A stretch of 64,000 nucleotides of DNA from Eledone cirrhosa (Eukaryota), in the NCBI GenBank assembly GCA_964016885.1, contig OZ024743.1, forward strand, positions 220,348,001-220,412,000, in the 5' to 3' direction. A program made the position numbers and the translations under genes. A model generated the notes under the pieces. That model searched no databases. It was not told where the DNA came from and worked only from the letters and a program-made list of their open reading frames with translations. Positions 12,006-26,170 of this stretch are shown piece after piece (the stretch's first letter is position 1; every line of letters starts with the position of its first letter).

Positions 12006-12218
12006 ATACTCTGTCTCTTTGTCTCTCTTTCTCACACACACATATATGTATGTATGTATGTATGTATGTATATATATATATATGTGTGTGTGTGCGTGTG
12101 TGTGTGTGTGTATGCGGTTTGAATTACATTTGGTTTTGAAAATGGGAGAAAAGAGAATTTAATATTTTACGTAAAGAGTACACACACATACATACATATA
12201 CATACATACACACACACC

Positions 12219-12299
<81 letters not shown>

Positions 12300-12382
12300 G
12301 TCAGCGTTTTAATGTACTGATATAGTCATACAATATATAGGCAATGTATGCGTACGTGAATATGTTTCTACCTATGCATCTA

Positions 12383-12419
<37 letters not shown>

Positions 12420-12490
12420 TCATGTATGCTCCCTGACATTTACGTTATAAACTAGCTTCATTCTATCAAGCCACTAATATGTTAATCACT

Positions 12491-12744
12491 TCAGATACTC
12501 TCTGTTGCCGAGGAGGTTTCTGCTGTTCCGTTATTTCCCGTTTTCGGTGAATTCGTTGCCGTCTGTGACCTTCGTACAATCTTGATATTAAATCTCTCAG
12601 GTACATTGGTGACTCCAAATTTCCCCTTCAATGATGGCGGCTTCTCTCCTTCAGGACATTCGAGGGTAAACTGCTGTAAAATACCCGCCAAAAACATTAA
12701 CAGCTCAGCCTTGGCCAAGGGTTCCCCAAAGCAGCTTCGTTTGC
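12491..12744 (-). CDS. Cytochrome P450, terminal coding exon (heme-binding Cys)
   Basis: Splicing to exon C reconstitutes FFIGKRSCFGE (FxxGxRxCxG), then LAKAELLMFLAGILQQF. Acceptor tttcag at 12745-6; TGA stop at 12491-12493. Confidence 0.95.
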
Positions 12745-12814
12745 CTGAAACAGAATGGAAAATGAATTAACATTTATGAAAACATACATATATACATACG
12801 CCTATTTTCAACTA

Positions 12815-12915
<101 letters not shown>

Positions 12916-13126
12916 TAAAATAACAGATTAAAGTTTAAGCAAAGAATCGCTGCTTTCACCCTTAACGGGATCTTCTGAAACTTTAATCTGTTATTTTAAT
13001 AAATATTTGCTCTACGGTTCTTATATATTTGATATATATTTATCCTTATCGAGCCCTCTTTGGATTTTAGTCTTCAAATTTATTATTATTACTATATATA
13101 GTATATATATATATATATATATATAC

Positions 13127-13288
<162 letters not shown>

Positions 13289-13420
13289 GTGAGGTTTTTT
13301 TTACAAAATGAAAAATAACCGAGGTGTCCTACACGAGTGAAAGTATAAAGAAAAAGAGATGAAATCGAAAATGCAACTGAAGTCTTATTTTTTTTAAAAA
13401 TATATATATTTATTTGGTTC

Positions 13421-13456
13421 CTTTACCGGTTTCGCAGTTCTTCTGCTTTTCAAAAG
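13421..13456 (-). ncRNA. Minimal HHR, U3-A8 variant
   Basis: Minus: ctt-TTGAAAA-GCAG aagaa CTGC-GAAA-CCGG-TA-aag; ACCGGT palindrome. Confidence 0.72.
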
Positions 13457-13479
13457 TAGAGTTGAGATGGAGGGTCTGT

Positions 13480-13658
13480 GGAAGGTTTAACCCCGACGTC
13501 AGAGCTCAAGCTGTTTTGATGGCTAAGAAATAGCCGTCGAAACGGCTTGAGCTCTGCCGTCGGGGTTAAACTTTTTCCTATTACCCACTCTACTACCCTA
13601 AGTATTGAGTACTCTGGTGCGTTTTGGTCCATTTGGTTCCTTACCACACCTCCTTCGT

Positions 13659-13659
<1 letters not shown>
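13480..13659 (+). mobile_element. Short (TA)n-targeting fold-back element, family C
   Basis: Shared body ttcctattacccactctactaccctaagtattgagtac...ccttcgtt(AT)n, also at 14141-14234(-), 26650-26850(+) and 49510-49616(+); carries the 3' half of an HHR. Confidence 0.8.
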
Positions 13660-13689
<30 letters not shown>

Positions 13690-13981
13690 ATGTAATAATA
13701 ATGGTAATACACGGAATATATAACACTATAGCATCATTATTTATTTCATTATATATATTTCAGGGATGCTAGATTATAGCCTGCCTTCTTCTGACGTAAT
13801 ACAATATTAGATGTATAAAATATTATATGACATACTCGTAAGAGAGACCGTATTCGATCGATTCTAAGCGGGTATGTATTGTTGTATATGTATTGTTGTA
13901 TATGTCGTGACCCTAGTATGGTGGCTCGCTTTGTGTACTTAAACAAGACACTTTATTTCGCATTGTTTCAGTCCATATATG

Positions 13982-14013
<32 letters not shown>

Positions 14014-14015
14014 TG

Positions 14016-14234
<219 letters not shown>

Positions 14235-14275
14235 ATATATATATATATACGTGGGCGTGGTGTATGTGTGTGTGT

Positions 14276-14361
<86 letters not shown>

Positions 14362-14799
14362 GTGTGTGCATACATATATATATGACGCCATACATTTGTA
14401 AATAGTAAACGTAGGTAGAAAAAAAAACAATCACAAGTATTATTTTACCACACGGAAAGCCAGAAAAGTCTTCAAATTGATGACAGTCACCATTTTCCCC
14501 TTGTAACTCCTTAAGGCTTGGGTGTCGTTGTGCTGTATGTAGGGGTCTCACTGAATTACTTTGTCCTGGGGTCAAATACTAAGCCTTGGCACCTTGAAAT
14601 AAGCGACCAGATATTCATGGATCAATTTTCAGATGGCTAACATTTGTTTTCTCTTCTAGCTTCAGCACATGTTTATTGTGTGATTGCTATATCTATTAGG
14701 TTTATCATTTACATTTATGTGCCTGTGATTGTGTGTGTAATTCTTGTTTTTTTATTTTTTCCCTTCACTTTACAAATTGAACACATCTATTATTCAAAT

Positions 14800-15430
14800 A
14801 TTTGTTTCTACTTTTGGCACAAAGCCAGCAATTACCCAGTGCATTACTGGTACTTTATTTTATCGACCCCGTAAGGATGAAAGGCAAAGTTAAACTCGGC
14901 GGTATTTGAACTCAGACCGAAAAGGGCCGTAACTCTATGCTGCAAAGCATGGCGTCCGACCCTCTGCCGATACTGCCACTGACCGCTATTATTCAAATAA
15001 TTGTTTCTACATTTGGCACAAGGCCAGCAATTATCCCAGTGAATTACTGGTACTTTATTTTATCGACCCCATAAGGATGAAAGGCAACTCAGAATGGCAA
15101 GGGCCGTAACTCTATGCGTCAAAGCATGGCATCCGGCCCTCTACCGATACTGCCAATCCACCACCATTATTAATTGTTTATTAATTGGGAGGGCGGTGGA
15201 TTGGCAGTATCGGTAGAGGGTCGTACGCCATGCTTTCCAGCATAGTTACGTCCCTTGCCATTCTGAGGTCAAATCCCGCCGAGGTTAACTTTGCCTTTCA
15301 TCCTTATGGGGTCGATAAAATAAAGTACCAGTAATGTACTGGGTAATTGCTGGCCTTGTGCCAAAAGTAAAAACAATTATTAATTGTTTCTACTTTTGGC
15401 ACAAGGCCAGCAATTATCCCAGTGTATTAA
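14800..15430. mobile_element. Cluster of family A tRNA-derived SINEs (two minus, one plus, one tail)
   Basis: A box TGGCAGTATCGG, B box GAGTTCAAATCC, central cctttcatccttacggggtcgataaaataaagtaccag, tail ccttgtgccaaaagtagaaacaatt; copies ~14800-14987(-), 15000-15165(-), 15190-15380(+), 15382-15428(-). Confidence 0.85.
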
Positions 15431-15877
15431 TTCAAATAATAACGACTAACTAGCTATTATATTGACTAACATACAATTCCTTACACATATATCTCCCCCC
15501 AACCGCTCATTCTCTTTATATTTGTATTATATTACATTATATTATATCACTGAGTTTATTCTACGTTTCTAGTTTCAGTTTCGCGGTTTGCCGCTAATCA
15601 GGCAACTGGAAATAATTTTTACATAAAACAGAATACATGGCAATAGAATGGGTGTGGCTAATATAACAATAAACTAGATGGGAGTGATGGTCTTAGAAAA
15701 TCACTTTTAGCAAATGTGTGATATTCTATAAAGGAAAATAAACTATATTCACACTACAATACACACATAAATATACATAAAAATATATCTTTACACTTGC
15801 ATACATATATATATGTGTGTATATGTATATTTATATATATGTATGTATGTATATATATATATATATTTGTATATATG

Positions 15878-15908
<31 letters not shown>

Positions 15909-15918
15909 ATATATATAT

Positions 15919-15987
<69 letters not shown>

Positions 15988-16444
15988 TATATATATACAT
16001 ATGTTTGTATTATACACACTGTTACATTCATACTTACACACACATACATGTTTATATATATATAATTGTACATGTCGACATATATACATACATACAAACA
16101 AAAGCATACGCACATACCCGTAACATTTCTATTTCAATGTAACCGTAAGGCGTAAAAACAGGATGCGTTAAAATAAGGAAAATACACCTATCTATACACA
16201 CATATATCCCCACCTCCACACTCTCACACCCACTCACACATAATTACACACACACGCGCGCACACACAAATGCTAAAATCACAATATAACACCTAAAGTT
16301 TTTGTGCATTTTACATAAGGGCTTCATGAAAAGATATCAAAATATCCAAATATTTTTGTTTTTGATTTTTTTCTCCATGTAATATCAGTATGTGGACACA
16401 ACATGGTTAAGGAGTTTGGTTGGCAATCATTATAATTCATTTAT

Positions 16445-16632
16445 GGCGGTGGATTGGTAGTATCAGTAGAGGGTCGGACGCCATGCTTTCCAGCATAGTT
16501 ACGTCCCTTTACGATCTGAGTTCAAATCCCGCCGAGGTTGACTTTGCTTTTCATCCTTACGGGGTCGATAAAATAAAGTACCAGTAATGCACTGGATAAT
16601 TGCTGGCCTTGTGCCAAAAGTAGAAACAATTA
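16445..16632 (+). mobile_element. Family A SINE nested in an older tRNA-SINE
   Basis: Full-length copy; attataattcatt duplicated on both sides (TSD). Confidence 0.85.
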
Positions 16633-16940
16633 TAATTCATTATGTCCCGGTTTCGATCCCAATGCGTGGCATTTTGAACAAATGTCATTTAAATCAGCTT
16701 CAAGTCGACCCATACCTAGTGAGTCAAACGATGATGATATATATATATATATATTAAGTATTTCCGTAGAAAAGGTAAAGGAAAGAAGAGTGCTCTATGT
16801 ATAGTACAGAGCTATTTAATTATGTAATAAACAACACAAAACAATTATTCCATTACCCAAGGTTTTACGAAGGCAGGCGACCACAACAGAGACGCCTGAA
16901 GTCATTCACCAGAAGGAAAATTGAATCCATTAAAGATAAC

Positions 16941-17014
16941 ATTTTATTCTGATGAACGACTTCGGACGCTTCTGTTGAGGTCGCATGCCTTCGTGAAACT
17001 TTGGGTAATGGAAT
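16941..17014 (+). ncRNA. Type I HHR in fold-back element 16815-17043
   Basis: attttat-t-CTGATGA-ACGA...TCGT-GAAA-CTTTGGG-TA-atggaat; diverged inverted partner at ~16845-16915. Confidence 0.6.
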
Positions 17015-17042
17015 AATTGTTTTGCGTTGTTTATTACATTAA

Positions 17043-17075
<33 letters not shown>

Positions 17076-17232
17076 ATTAGTATATCTACCGACATATGTA
17101 TATAGATGCATACCTAAGGCTTCTCTATGGATACACTCCGTAACCATATTTATCCCCTTACAGAAACTAATTAGTTGGAGTGAAATTTTAGTAAGTAAGT
17201 CAATTTTCATAACTTTCTTATTTACGTCTTTC

Positions 17233-17310
<78 letters not shown>

Positions 17311-17857
17311 GTGACTCTAGAATGTTAACTAATTAAATAGCCATCAACAACATAGATTGTGGTTCCGGATTGTCAGTATTGAGAATAACCGGCTGATTAA
17401 AACATTTCTTGGTGTGATACCTCAATTATGAGCGCCATTTATAGATTTTGTTGAAACTGTTTGGAAGTTCATCAGATTGGCTGTGCCTGCAAAAGGAAAG
17501 AGCTAACCTTATTCAACATCGTGTCAAGGCTTAATCTATCAGAGAATTGCTTTAAAGGTACACGTGTCTGTGGAATGCTCAGACACTTTCATGAGAAGGC
17601 TGTTCCGTTGACCAAACTATTGGAACACTCATCGTGGAAATCGACAGAGGTCCATTCGAACATCAGTATGTTTTGTTTTGGTTTTTAATAATTTTTGTTG
17701 TTATATTTGTTTACAGCGTGTGTAAAGTATAAAGGAAATAATTATATAATGACAAGTTGAGTTATAATAAATGGAGGTGGTTCAAGGTATCTGAATTGTA
17801 CTTAAGCTGCTGTCAAATAAAATAAAATAGAATATAAAAATGTCAGAATCAACATAG

Positions 17858-18124
17858 CGATGATGATGATGATGATAGTGATGAGGATGATGATAGTAAT
17901 AATAGTAAAAGAAGAAGAAGACGAAGAAGAAGAAAAAAGAAGAAGAAAAAAATAATAGGAAAAATAAAAGAAGACGAAGAAGAAGAAAAAGAAGAAGACG
18001 ACAGCGAAGACGAAGAAAAAGAAAACAAGAATAAAAAGAATAAGAATAAGAAAAAAAAGAATAATAAGAAAAATAGAAGAAGAAGAAGTAAACGATGGCA
18101 AGGACGACGACGAAGAAGAAGAAA

Positions 18125-18184
<60 letters not shown>

Positions 18185-18370
18185 AAGAAGAAGAAGAAGA
18201 AGAAGAAGAAGAAGAAGAAGAAGAAGAAGAAGAAGAAAAAGAAGAAGAAGAAGAAGAAGAAAAAGAAGAAGAAGAAGAAGAAGAAGAAGAAGAAGAAGAA
18301 GAAGAAGAAGAAGAAGAAGAAGAAGAAGAAGAAGAAATAGGAGTAGTAGGAAGAGAAGACTAGTAATAAC
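17858..18370. repeat. Compound (GAT)n/(GAA)n/(AAT)n microsatellite
   Basis: Directly visible. Confidence 0.95.
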
Positions 18371-19119
18371 AATCTTATCTTTGCCATAAAGGTGCATTCA
18401 TAGAGCTATGACAAAATACATTAGGGTTACAAAATATAAAGGAGAAGGCAAAATAAACGTGTGGGGCTAGACAAAAAAATATTGTATGACAACGAGGTAA
18501 AGGGAGCAAAGGCTTTATACATTATATGTAGGACAAGATAATTTAAAAAATAACATACAATGATTAAAGATAACAATTAGAAAAAAGTGATAGAAGACCC
18601 ACAATAAGTAAAACAATATTCAGTTTATAATTATTTCTAACATTGGTAGAAGAAGGCTAGCAATTTTTGCGGGGGAAGGGAATATCGATTATATCAACCC
18701 CCAGGGCTTGACTCGTACTTTATTTTATCGATTTTGGACAAAATTGACCTCTATGGGATTTGAACTCAGAAAATAAAGACAACAAATACTGATATGCATT
18801 TCTCCGACAGCTCTAATGAATCTGCTAATCCATCGTCCAGTATTTGATTTATTTATTATGTAAATATTCGCGGGAAGTTGACATCTGCATTTATTAAGCC
18901 ACTCTATAGGTGTGATTAAGCATTATCCTGCACTGTTTAACGCTGGCAACCGCAAAATTTCCCATGAAGAGCTCTTAGGTCAGAGATGTGTATTGTGTTG
19001 GATCTTTGACAGTTCCAAAAATAAATGTTTCAGTTGTTTAATTAACAGAACAGCATAAAATTAACGTGCAAATGGCTGACCTTTCCATAGACACGAGTAA
19101 TTTTAGCACAGTTCTCAGA

Positions 19120-20230
19120 GAAATTTATGGTGACACAAAGTTGGTCTTTGAATTATAAGTACAGCCTGTTTTTGAAGCCAACTCAACTGGGACAACGGGA
19201 AATGTCTTGCGCAAGGAAGCCAGAAATCGAATCCACGACCTTATGATCGTGGGCCGAAAACTCTTATTGCTAAGCCATGTACTCTCAGTTTTAAACCAGA
19301 ATGAGAAAAGTAAGGGCCAGTATTCTGCTGTTGCTTGGTTTGTGGCAGAGCGTAAACTCCGCCTAGGCACATTATCGATAACCTCTCTTTGGATAGGTTA
19401 TCGATAATGTGCCTATCAGGTGCCATCTTCTCTCCTATAACCATTTCGTTTTTAAAGTTTTTGTACATTTCATATAAGGGCTTCATCAATCGTTTGTTGG
19501 CTATGTGAAGAGCTGTGGGCCCCATTTCTTATAAGATGTGTTGCTCTTCACAAGAAATGCGCCTCATAAAGGAAATGCTGTCTCATAACAGGAAAGGGAT
19601 TTCTCTTCACAAGACATGGGCTCCTCTCCGTACTTCTTGACTGATTTATGTTTGAGGTGATTCTTATCGTGAGGAGGGGATGGTGCTTTTCTCACAATAT
19701 TTATTTTACTCTCCCGAAAATGTTTTCCAGTCTCCTTTAGCTTCAGGAGCGGATTAAGTTTGCCTGAGGCCCTTAGATGAAAATTTGACCGGAGACCCTG
19801 CATATTATTTACGGTAGCAAGTTGGGACCATTTAAATATTGTGGGACTTTGGCTGCAGCTAGTAGCCCCACTTAATCCGTCACTTCTCAGTTCCATCAAG
19901 TCCCCAACTTTTGGGAAGGTGGGCTTCGCTAGTTGTTGTTACTATCAAAACTCTTTCTTTCACTGTCACTGCTGGTGATGGCCGTGTATTGTACCTCAGT
20001 TTTCTTGTGAGCTATTTGAACTGGAGACGAAGCGATCTCTTTCAACGTATCTGGAGTAGCACCTTATGTTGGCCTTAGGAATAAGGGCTTTAGTAATCCA
20101 TTTCTCTTGATGCTGTTTTGAACATTTCAGCTCTTTTGTGCAACGAGACATTAATCCTTTTGATACCAAATCGCCTGAAATCACCCTTTGTTCCAAAATT
20201 GTTTGTTTATATTTGTAAAAAAAATCCATC
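19120..20230 (-). mobile_element. Possible decayed non-LTR retrotransposon C-terminal fragment (restriction-like endonuclease type)
   Basis: Fragmented ORFs with C..ET...HIL, PD..IID and VVPVEL-like motifs; many stops and frameshifts. Confidence 0.3.
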
Positions 20231-20760
20231 AGAATTTTAAGTCAGAATTTTATAAAGTTATGTTCAGTTAAATGAATTTTACTGCTACATGTATAAAAAC
20301 TGGATTTGCTATCCTCAACGATCAGTTATAGAGCCTTTCTTCTGGCAAAACTTTGGTGACCCTGTTGTGGATTTCAGGGGTTCATGATGACTGAAATGTA
20401 TACAGTGTTCCACACCCGAGCCTTCTAACTCAATGCAAACCCTACTTTGTGATGTATTTCTTTCTTGTATTGCCCCCAACATTATGGGATATTGTAGTCA
20501 ATAAAAGAAATCAAATCCTTATAATTGTTATTGTGAGAAGGCACGTTCAACGCCTTTGATGCTACAGAGAAATCCGGGATCTTTGAGTGGTGTTTTCTCT
20601 CTGAATTACACTAAGTGTAATTCTCTATTGAGGAATTTTTCTTGTTGGACATTTATTGCTATATTTAATGTTTTTAAATTGATGTAAACCCCACTTTTAC
20701 TTGTAAGTCGTCTCTGTATCGTCCTCAATGTTATGGCCCTTGTGGCTAATAAATGAAAAG

Positions 20761-21155
20761 GGCGGTGGATTGACAGTATCGGTAGAGGGTCTGACGCCAT
20801 GCTTTGCAGTAAAGAGTTACGGCCCTTTATGGTCTGAGTTCAAATCCCGCCGAGGTTAATTTTGTCTTTCATCCTTACGGGGTCGATACAATAAAGTACC
20901 AGTAATACCCTGAATTAATTGCTGGCTTTGTCCCAAAAGTAGAAACAATTATTATCATCAGAATTCGGACAATATGCTTTTCGGCATATAGTTTCGGCCT
21001 TTTATGTTCTGTGTTCAAATCTCGCCGAAGTCAGCTTTGGCTTTCATCATTACGGGGTCAATAAAATAAAGCACTAGTAATGCACTGGGGTCGATATAAT
21101 CGACTTTCCCCTCTCCCCAAATTGCTGGCCTTGTGCCTATAGTAGAAATCATTAT
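20761..21155 (+). mobile_element. Two tandem family A SINEs
   Basis: 20761-20952 full length, then a longer-variant copy ~20960-21155. Confidence 0.8.
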
Positions 21156-22955
21156 TATCATCATCATAAGAAAACTTCGAATATCTGTAGTCTCGCAACA
21201 TAAACGCCCACCTCTACTCCCTAACTAACGAGATCTTCCTCACCTACTTTATCTATCATATTTTAATTCATTGTTATGTATGTTACCTTACGTTATATTA
21301 GCAAAGTTGGTCGTTGAGTGCAACTGAAAGCCGAGAAAGCTGGTTGCTCTGGTTGGGTGACAAGGTGCACATTGACAAGTAGTACTAACAATACTGTTAA
21401 TAATACCCCATGTCATTGCTAGATATACACTAAAGGACGATGATAAGATATTTATTCAGTCGTCTCTGTTGACAATGAAAATAAAAATATGATTAAAATC
21501 ATAAACGAACAAAACAACATATTGTCGCGATTTAGTTTCTACATTCATCTTCACCTCATATGTAATTTATCTAAACAGTTGCAACAATGGCACAGGAACA
21601 CACACTAACACATACAAACATACACAGAGGTACACACAGACAAACGCTTTCACACACACTTGTCCATGCACACACATGTACACATATACATGCACGCGCA
21701 CACACACACACACACGTACACGCATAACCCCACAAACAAATGCACGCAAACAGATACCCGCGCACACGCACGTGGAGTCGAATGGAGCTCCCTCAATTTC
21801 GACGATGAGTATTTTAGATGATCCATCAACAAAACAGCCCACTCGTAAAATTAACGTGTAAGTGGCTAGGCATTCCACAGTCACGTGTATTCCTAACGTA
21901 ATTCTTAGGAAGATTTAGCGTGACACAGTGTGAGACAAGCCTGATCCTTTGAATTACAAATAAAGTCCTTCTGACAGGCCTTCAAGCAGTTTTCGTCTAC
22001 CCAATTTCACTCACGTGTCATGGGTTGACTCGAGGCTATGGTAAATGACACACACCCAAGATGGCATGCAGCGGGATCGAATCTGGGACCTAATCATTAC
22101 TAAGGAAACTTAAACATTCGGTCATGGTACTTCCATTATATATGAACCCTCCTAACAACGCTTCTTTCTGGCCCTGGAAATACCTGAGATCGGTAGTCGA
22201 TGAAAACCATGACATTTGCTATTCGATTAATTAGGTTTTAAGTGTCTGTAAATAGCTGGTGAGTTTGATTCTGGTTCGGAAGTAGCGGCTTCATGTGAGG
22301 CACACGTCTTCGATGGTATCCATTGGAGTGCCAGAAAAACGGGCTTTGTGGAGCTCGTATTTGGTTTATGGTGTTGGGACCCATATCACCTGTGTGAGAA
22401 TTTTGCACCTTTCTTCTTTATGAATGTATACTATAAAAGGGTCTGCTTTGAGTAAGTTGTATTCAGAAATTCATGTCGATGATCATAGCTCGATTATGGT
22501 AGGTGTGCTAGCCCATAACACTAAATATCATAACAGTTTACACTTTGTACAACACGAAACTGCATTAGAAAAGCATTCCTGAAAAGTATAAAACAGCATT
22601 CTGACTTTATCACGTTAAAAATTAAAGTCTTTATTCTAATACTACAAATTTTCTGAATGATCTGTCCTCTAGTAAATACACTACACACATTTGAATAAAC
22701 GAACACATTTAAAAATATTTTCTACTAAATTATTACAGGTTAAGTTAAAGTGTTTAATTGGGGCAGCAGTGTGTGTTCTAAGCTGAAACCTCGATGTTCG
22801 GGCTTTAATACCTGTAATATGCTGAGGTATAACCGTTGTTGTTAATAATTCTTGAGATTTAAGTCCTTCACTTTTATGAAAAAGAAATTATAAAATTGAA
22901 ACTTTAGACGAAATCTAGAGATTCTTTACGTTTATATATAATATAAAATAATATA

Positions 22956-23133
22956 ATTGTTTCTACTTTTGGCACAAGGCCAGCAATTACCCAGTGCATT
23001 ACTGGTACTTTATTTCATCGACCCCGTGAGGATGAAAGGCAAAGTTAACCTCGGCGGGATTTGAACTCAGAATGGCAAGGGACGTAACTCTATGCGTCAA
23101 AGCATGGTGTCCGACCCTCTACCGATACTGCCA
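22956..23133 (-). mobile_element. Family A SINE
   Basis: Matches the family; aaataatataat flanking duplication. Confidence 0.85.
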
Positions 23134-23767
23134 AATAATATAATATATAGCGGTTGCCGCAAAGCCATTGAAAGCTGAATATGTTATTTACTATAGAAGT
23201 ACACTAGTGGGTGAAAGTTATCTGAAGTGAGCTTTGCTAGTTTAATTAACTGATTTACTGAATTTCCCTCAAGCAATAATCATGTAGTGCTCAAACTACT
23301 GCATCTTAAGAGGAATATACCTTAAAGTAATAATAAAAAAAAAAAGAAATGACGCCCAAAATTATTTCGACCTTCAATATCATGGTTTCTAATTTAAGAA
23401 CAAGGCCAGCAAGTTTTTTTTTTGGAAAGGAGAAGTCGATTTTATCAATCCAAGTATTTAATTGATACTTTATTTTATCGACATGAGGAAGACGAAAAGC
23501 TAATTTGACCTCTGCGGGATTTAAACGCAGACCGTAGAGAACCAGATTAAATGCTGCTTTCAAATTTAAGTAGAAGGCCCGCAGTTTAAGCGGGGAAGGG
23601 AAAGTCGATTATATTGTCCCTAGTAATTTAACTGGTACTTCATGTCAGACGCATGTATGTGTGAGAGATAGAGTGTGAATATACTGATATACATCTGTGT
23701 GCATGCATGAGTGCGTGTAATGAGTGCATGCATGAGTGCGTGTAAACTGTACAGGTATATGTATATA

Positions 23768-23835
<68 letters not shown>

Positions 23836-23848
23836 TATGTATATATAA

Positions 23849-23932
<84 letters not shown>

Positions 23933-24011
23933 CATTTTTGAATTTGTTTTGCACACACAAAAGCAAGATAGTGTAGGACAGAACAAAGGAGAGACACAAA
24001 ATAAAAGTCCA

Positions 24012-24054
24012 GTCACTGAGGAGGTCACAGAATGTGTGACGAAAGAGCTTTGAC
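24012..24054 (+). ncRNA. Minimal type I HHR
   Basis: gtca-CTGAGGA-g-GTCAC agaatgt GTGAC-GAAA-GAGC-TT-tgac; perfect stems I and II; element ~23931-24173 between (TA)n tracts. Confidence 0.8.
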
Positions 24055-24173
24055 AATATATATACAACTATTTGATTATCGAACCAACTAGTCAAACACG
24101 CGGAAATTTACAATAAATTGAAATGAAAACCAACAGGTGCGTGGGTTTTTATTGGCAGCAGGGCCCTCCCAAA

Positions 24174-24207
<34 letters not shown>

Positions 24208-24276
24208 TCTCCTGAGCGTGAATTTAATAAACATTTATTGTACTGCCTCTCTGTTCTGTTCCTGTTCAAATTTTTC

Positions 24277-24351
<75 letters not shown>

Positions 24352-24476
24352 AGTGGAGTTAAAGACTCGCATTCATCCCCAACTATAATTTAATGAGCTT
24401 CCGTAGTTAATCAATCTGTTGGTTTTTAATCTGCTATGATTGAACGTATATCTCTATGCGTACTTCTCTCTATCTG

Positions 24477-24539
<63 letters not shown>

Positions 24540-24599
24540 GAGAGATGACCCTTTAGCCTTTGTCAGGGCAGAATTCTAGGAGAAGGAAAACTCTGATAT

Positions 24600-24920
24600 A
24601 ACACCTGCAACCCTGATGGTATCCAATGATGTTGACTTTTTCTTCTTTTTGGTAAATATCATCTTGGTTAAGAGAGTGGGACTGGCTTTGTGCAGTGCCT
24701 TTGATCACTATAAAAGCTTCACGGCACAGGCATTGCTTTATATCTGGAGATCTCTCTGCACTTGTCATCACAGGGTACAATGGGCCCAGCACTATGTGTC
24801 AGTAATTGTCACAAGTGTAGTGTTTGTACCAGAGTTTTCAAGTCGCTGGCTGGACTAAAAAGTCACACTCGTTCAACGCATCGGCAGTGGCCGTACTTGA
24901 AAACGAGTTGGCAGCCACCA
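24600..24920 (+). mobile_element. RTE-type LINE extreme 3' fragment
   Basis: C2H2 motif HKCSVCTRVFKSLAGLKSHTRSTH followed by a short UTR and (TA)n. Confidence 0.55.
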
Positions 24921-25065
24921 TATATATATATATATCGAATGTAGAAAGGTAACACATTAGTTGATATATACGACCATAAAAACAAATAGTAGAAAGGAAA
25001 AAGATTTTTTCAGTAGAAAATGTTGAAGAGATTTTTTCAGTGAAATATCAAAACATCAATTTATT

Positions 25066-25105
25066 TACACTACCGGTTTCAGCATTATATGCATTGTCAA
25101 TTGTA
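25066..25105 (-). ncRNA. Minimal HHR, U3-A8 variant
   Basis: Minus: tacaa-TTGACAA-tGCA tataa TGCt-GAAA-CCGG-TA-gtgta; one stem I mismatch. Confidence 0.62.
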
Positions 25106-25133
25106 TATGTATATATATATATATATACATAAA

Positions 25134-25331
25134 CGAGGATGAGCTGAAAAGTTCAATGGCCGACTATGAAGATGTGATGCTAAGGTTGTGAAATCTTGCA
25201 TGCATTAATTTCAACTCTTCTTATTAATAACTGCCTTGTTTCTTTCTAGGTACTATGTTAAAATATGTACTTCATTTGATCATTCCATGAGAGTATCTTG
25301 GTCAGCATATGAACTTTTCAGCCGACACTCG
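25134..25331. mobile_element. mariner-like MITE
   Basis: Imperfect TIRs cgaggatgagctgaaaagttca / tgaacttttcagccgacactcg; TA at the right flank. Confidence 0.7.
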
Positions 25332-25334
25332 TAC

Positions 25335-26170
25335 GTGGGTATGCTTGTTTGTTTGTATGTGTGTGTGTGTATCTGCGTATATGAATGTATGTACGTATGT
25401 ATGTATATATGTATATATGCATGTATGTGTGTATGTATGTATGTATGTATGTATGTATGTATGTGTGTGCATGCATGTATGTATGCATGTATGTATGCTT
25501 GTATGTATATATGTATGTATGCATATATGTATGTATGCATGTGTGTATGTATGTGTGTATGTATATATGTATGTGCGCTGGTTTTGTGTGTGTGCGTATG
25601 TATATGTGTGCGTATGCGCTTGTGTGTGAGTGTGTATGTATGTTTGTATGTATGTTTGTATTCGCATGTGTGTTTGTGTATGTGTATGTATATGTGTGTG
25701 TGAGTGTGTGCGCGTGTGTGTGTATGTGTGTATGTATGTATATATGTATGTATTCGCGTGTATGCTTGTGTGTGCGTATGTGTGTGTGTGTATGTATGTA
25801 TTCACGTGTGTGTTTGTGTGTGCGTGTGTGTGTGTGTTTGTATGTGCGTATCTGTGTGTGTGTGTATGTATGGCTGTATGTATTCGCACGTGTGTTTGTG
25901 TGTGCATATGTGTGTGTGTGTGCGTCTGTGTGTACATATGTGCATGTGTGTGTGTGTGTTTGTGTATGTATGTATGTATGTATTCGCCTGTGTGTTTGTG
26001 TGTGCATGTGTGTGTGTTTGTATGTACGTATGTGTGTGTGTGTGTGTGTATGTATTCGCGTGTGTGTGTGCGTATGTGTGTGTGCGTGTGTGTGTATGTA
26101 TTCGCGTGTGTGTGTGCGTATGTGTGTGTGCGTGTGTGTGTCTGTATGCATGTGTGAGTGTGTGTGTGTT
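25335..26170. repeat. Degenerate (TG)n/(TATG)n microsatellite
   Basis: Directly visible. Confidence 0.9.

Noticed and set aside
12945-12982. CAGAAGA-tCCC gttaa GGGt-GAAA on the minus strand in a fold-back
   Set aside because: Core mutated and no valid cleavage site; counted only as a fold-back.
15575-15612. HHR-like CTGATTA-GCGG caaa CCGC-GAAAC on the minus strand
   Set aside because: G8 is mutated and there is no stem III or cleavage triplet; at most a remnant.
17782-18397. Poly-F/L/K/R ORFs
   Set aside because: Translations of (GAA)n/(AAT)n repeats.
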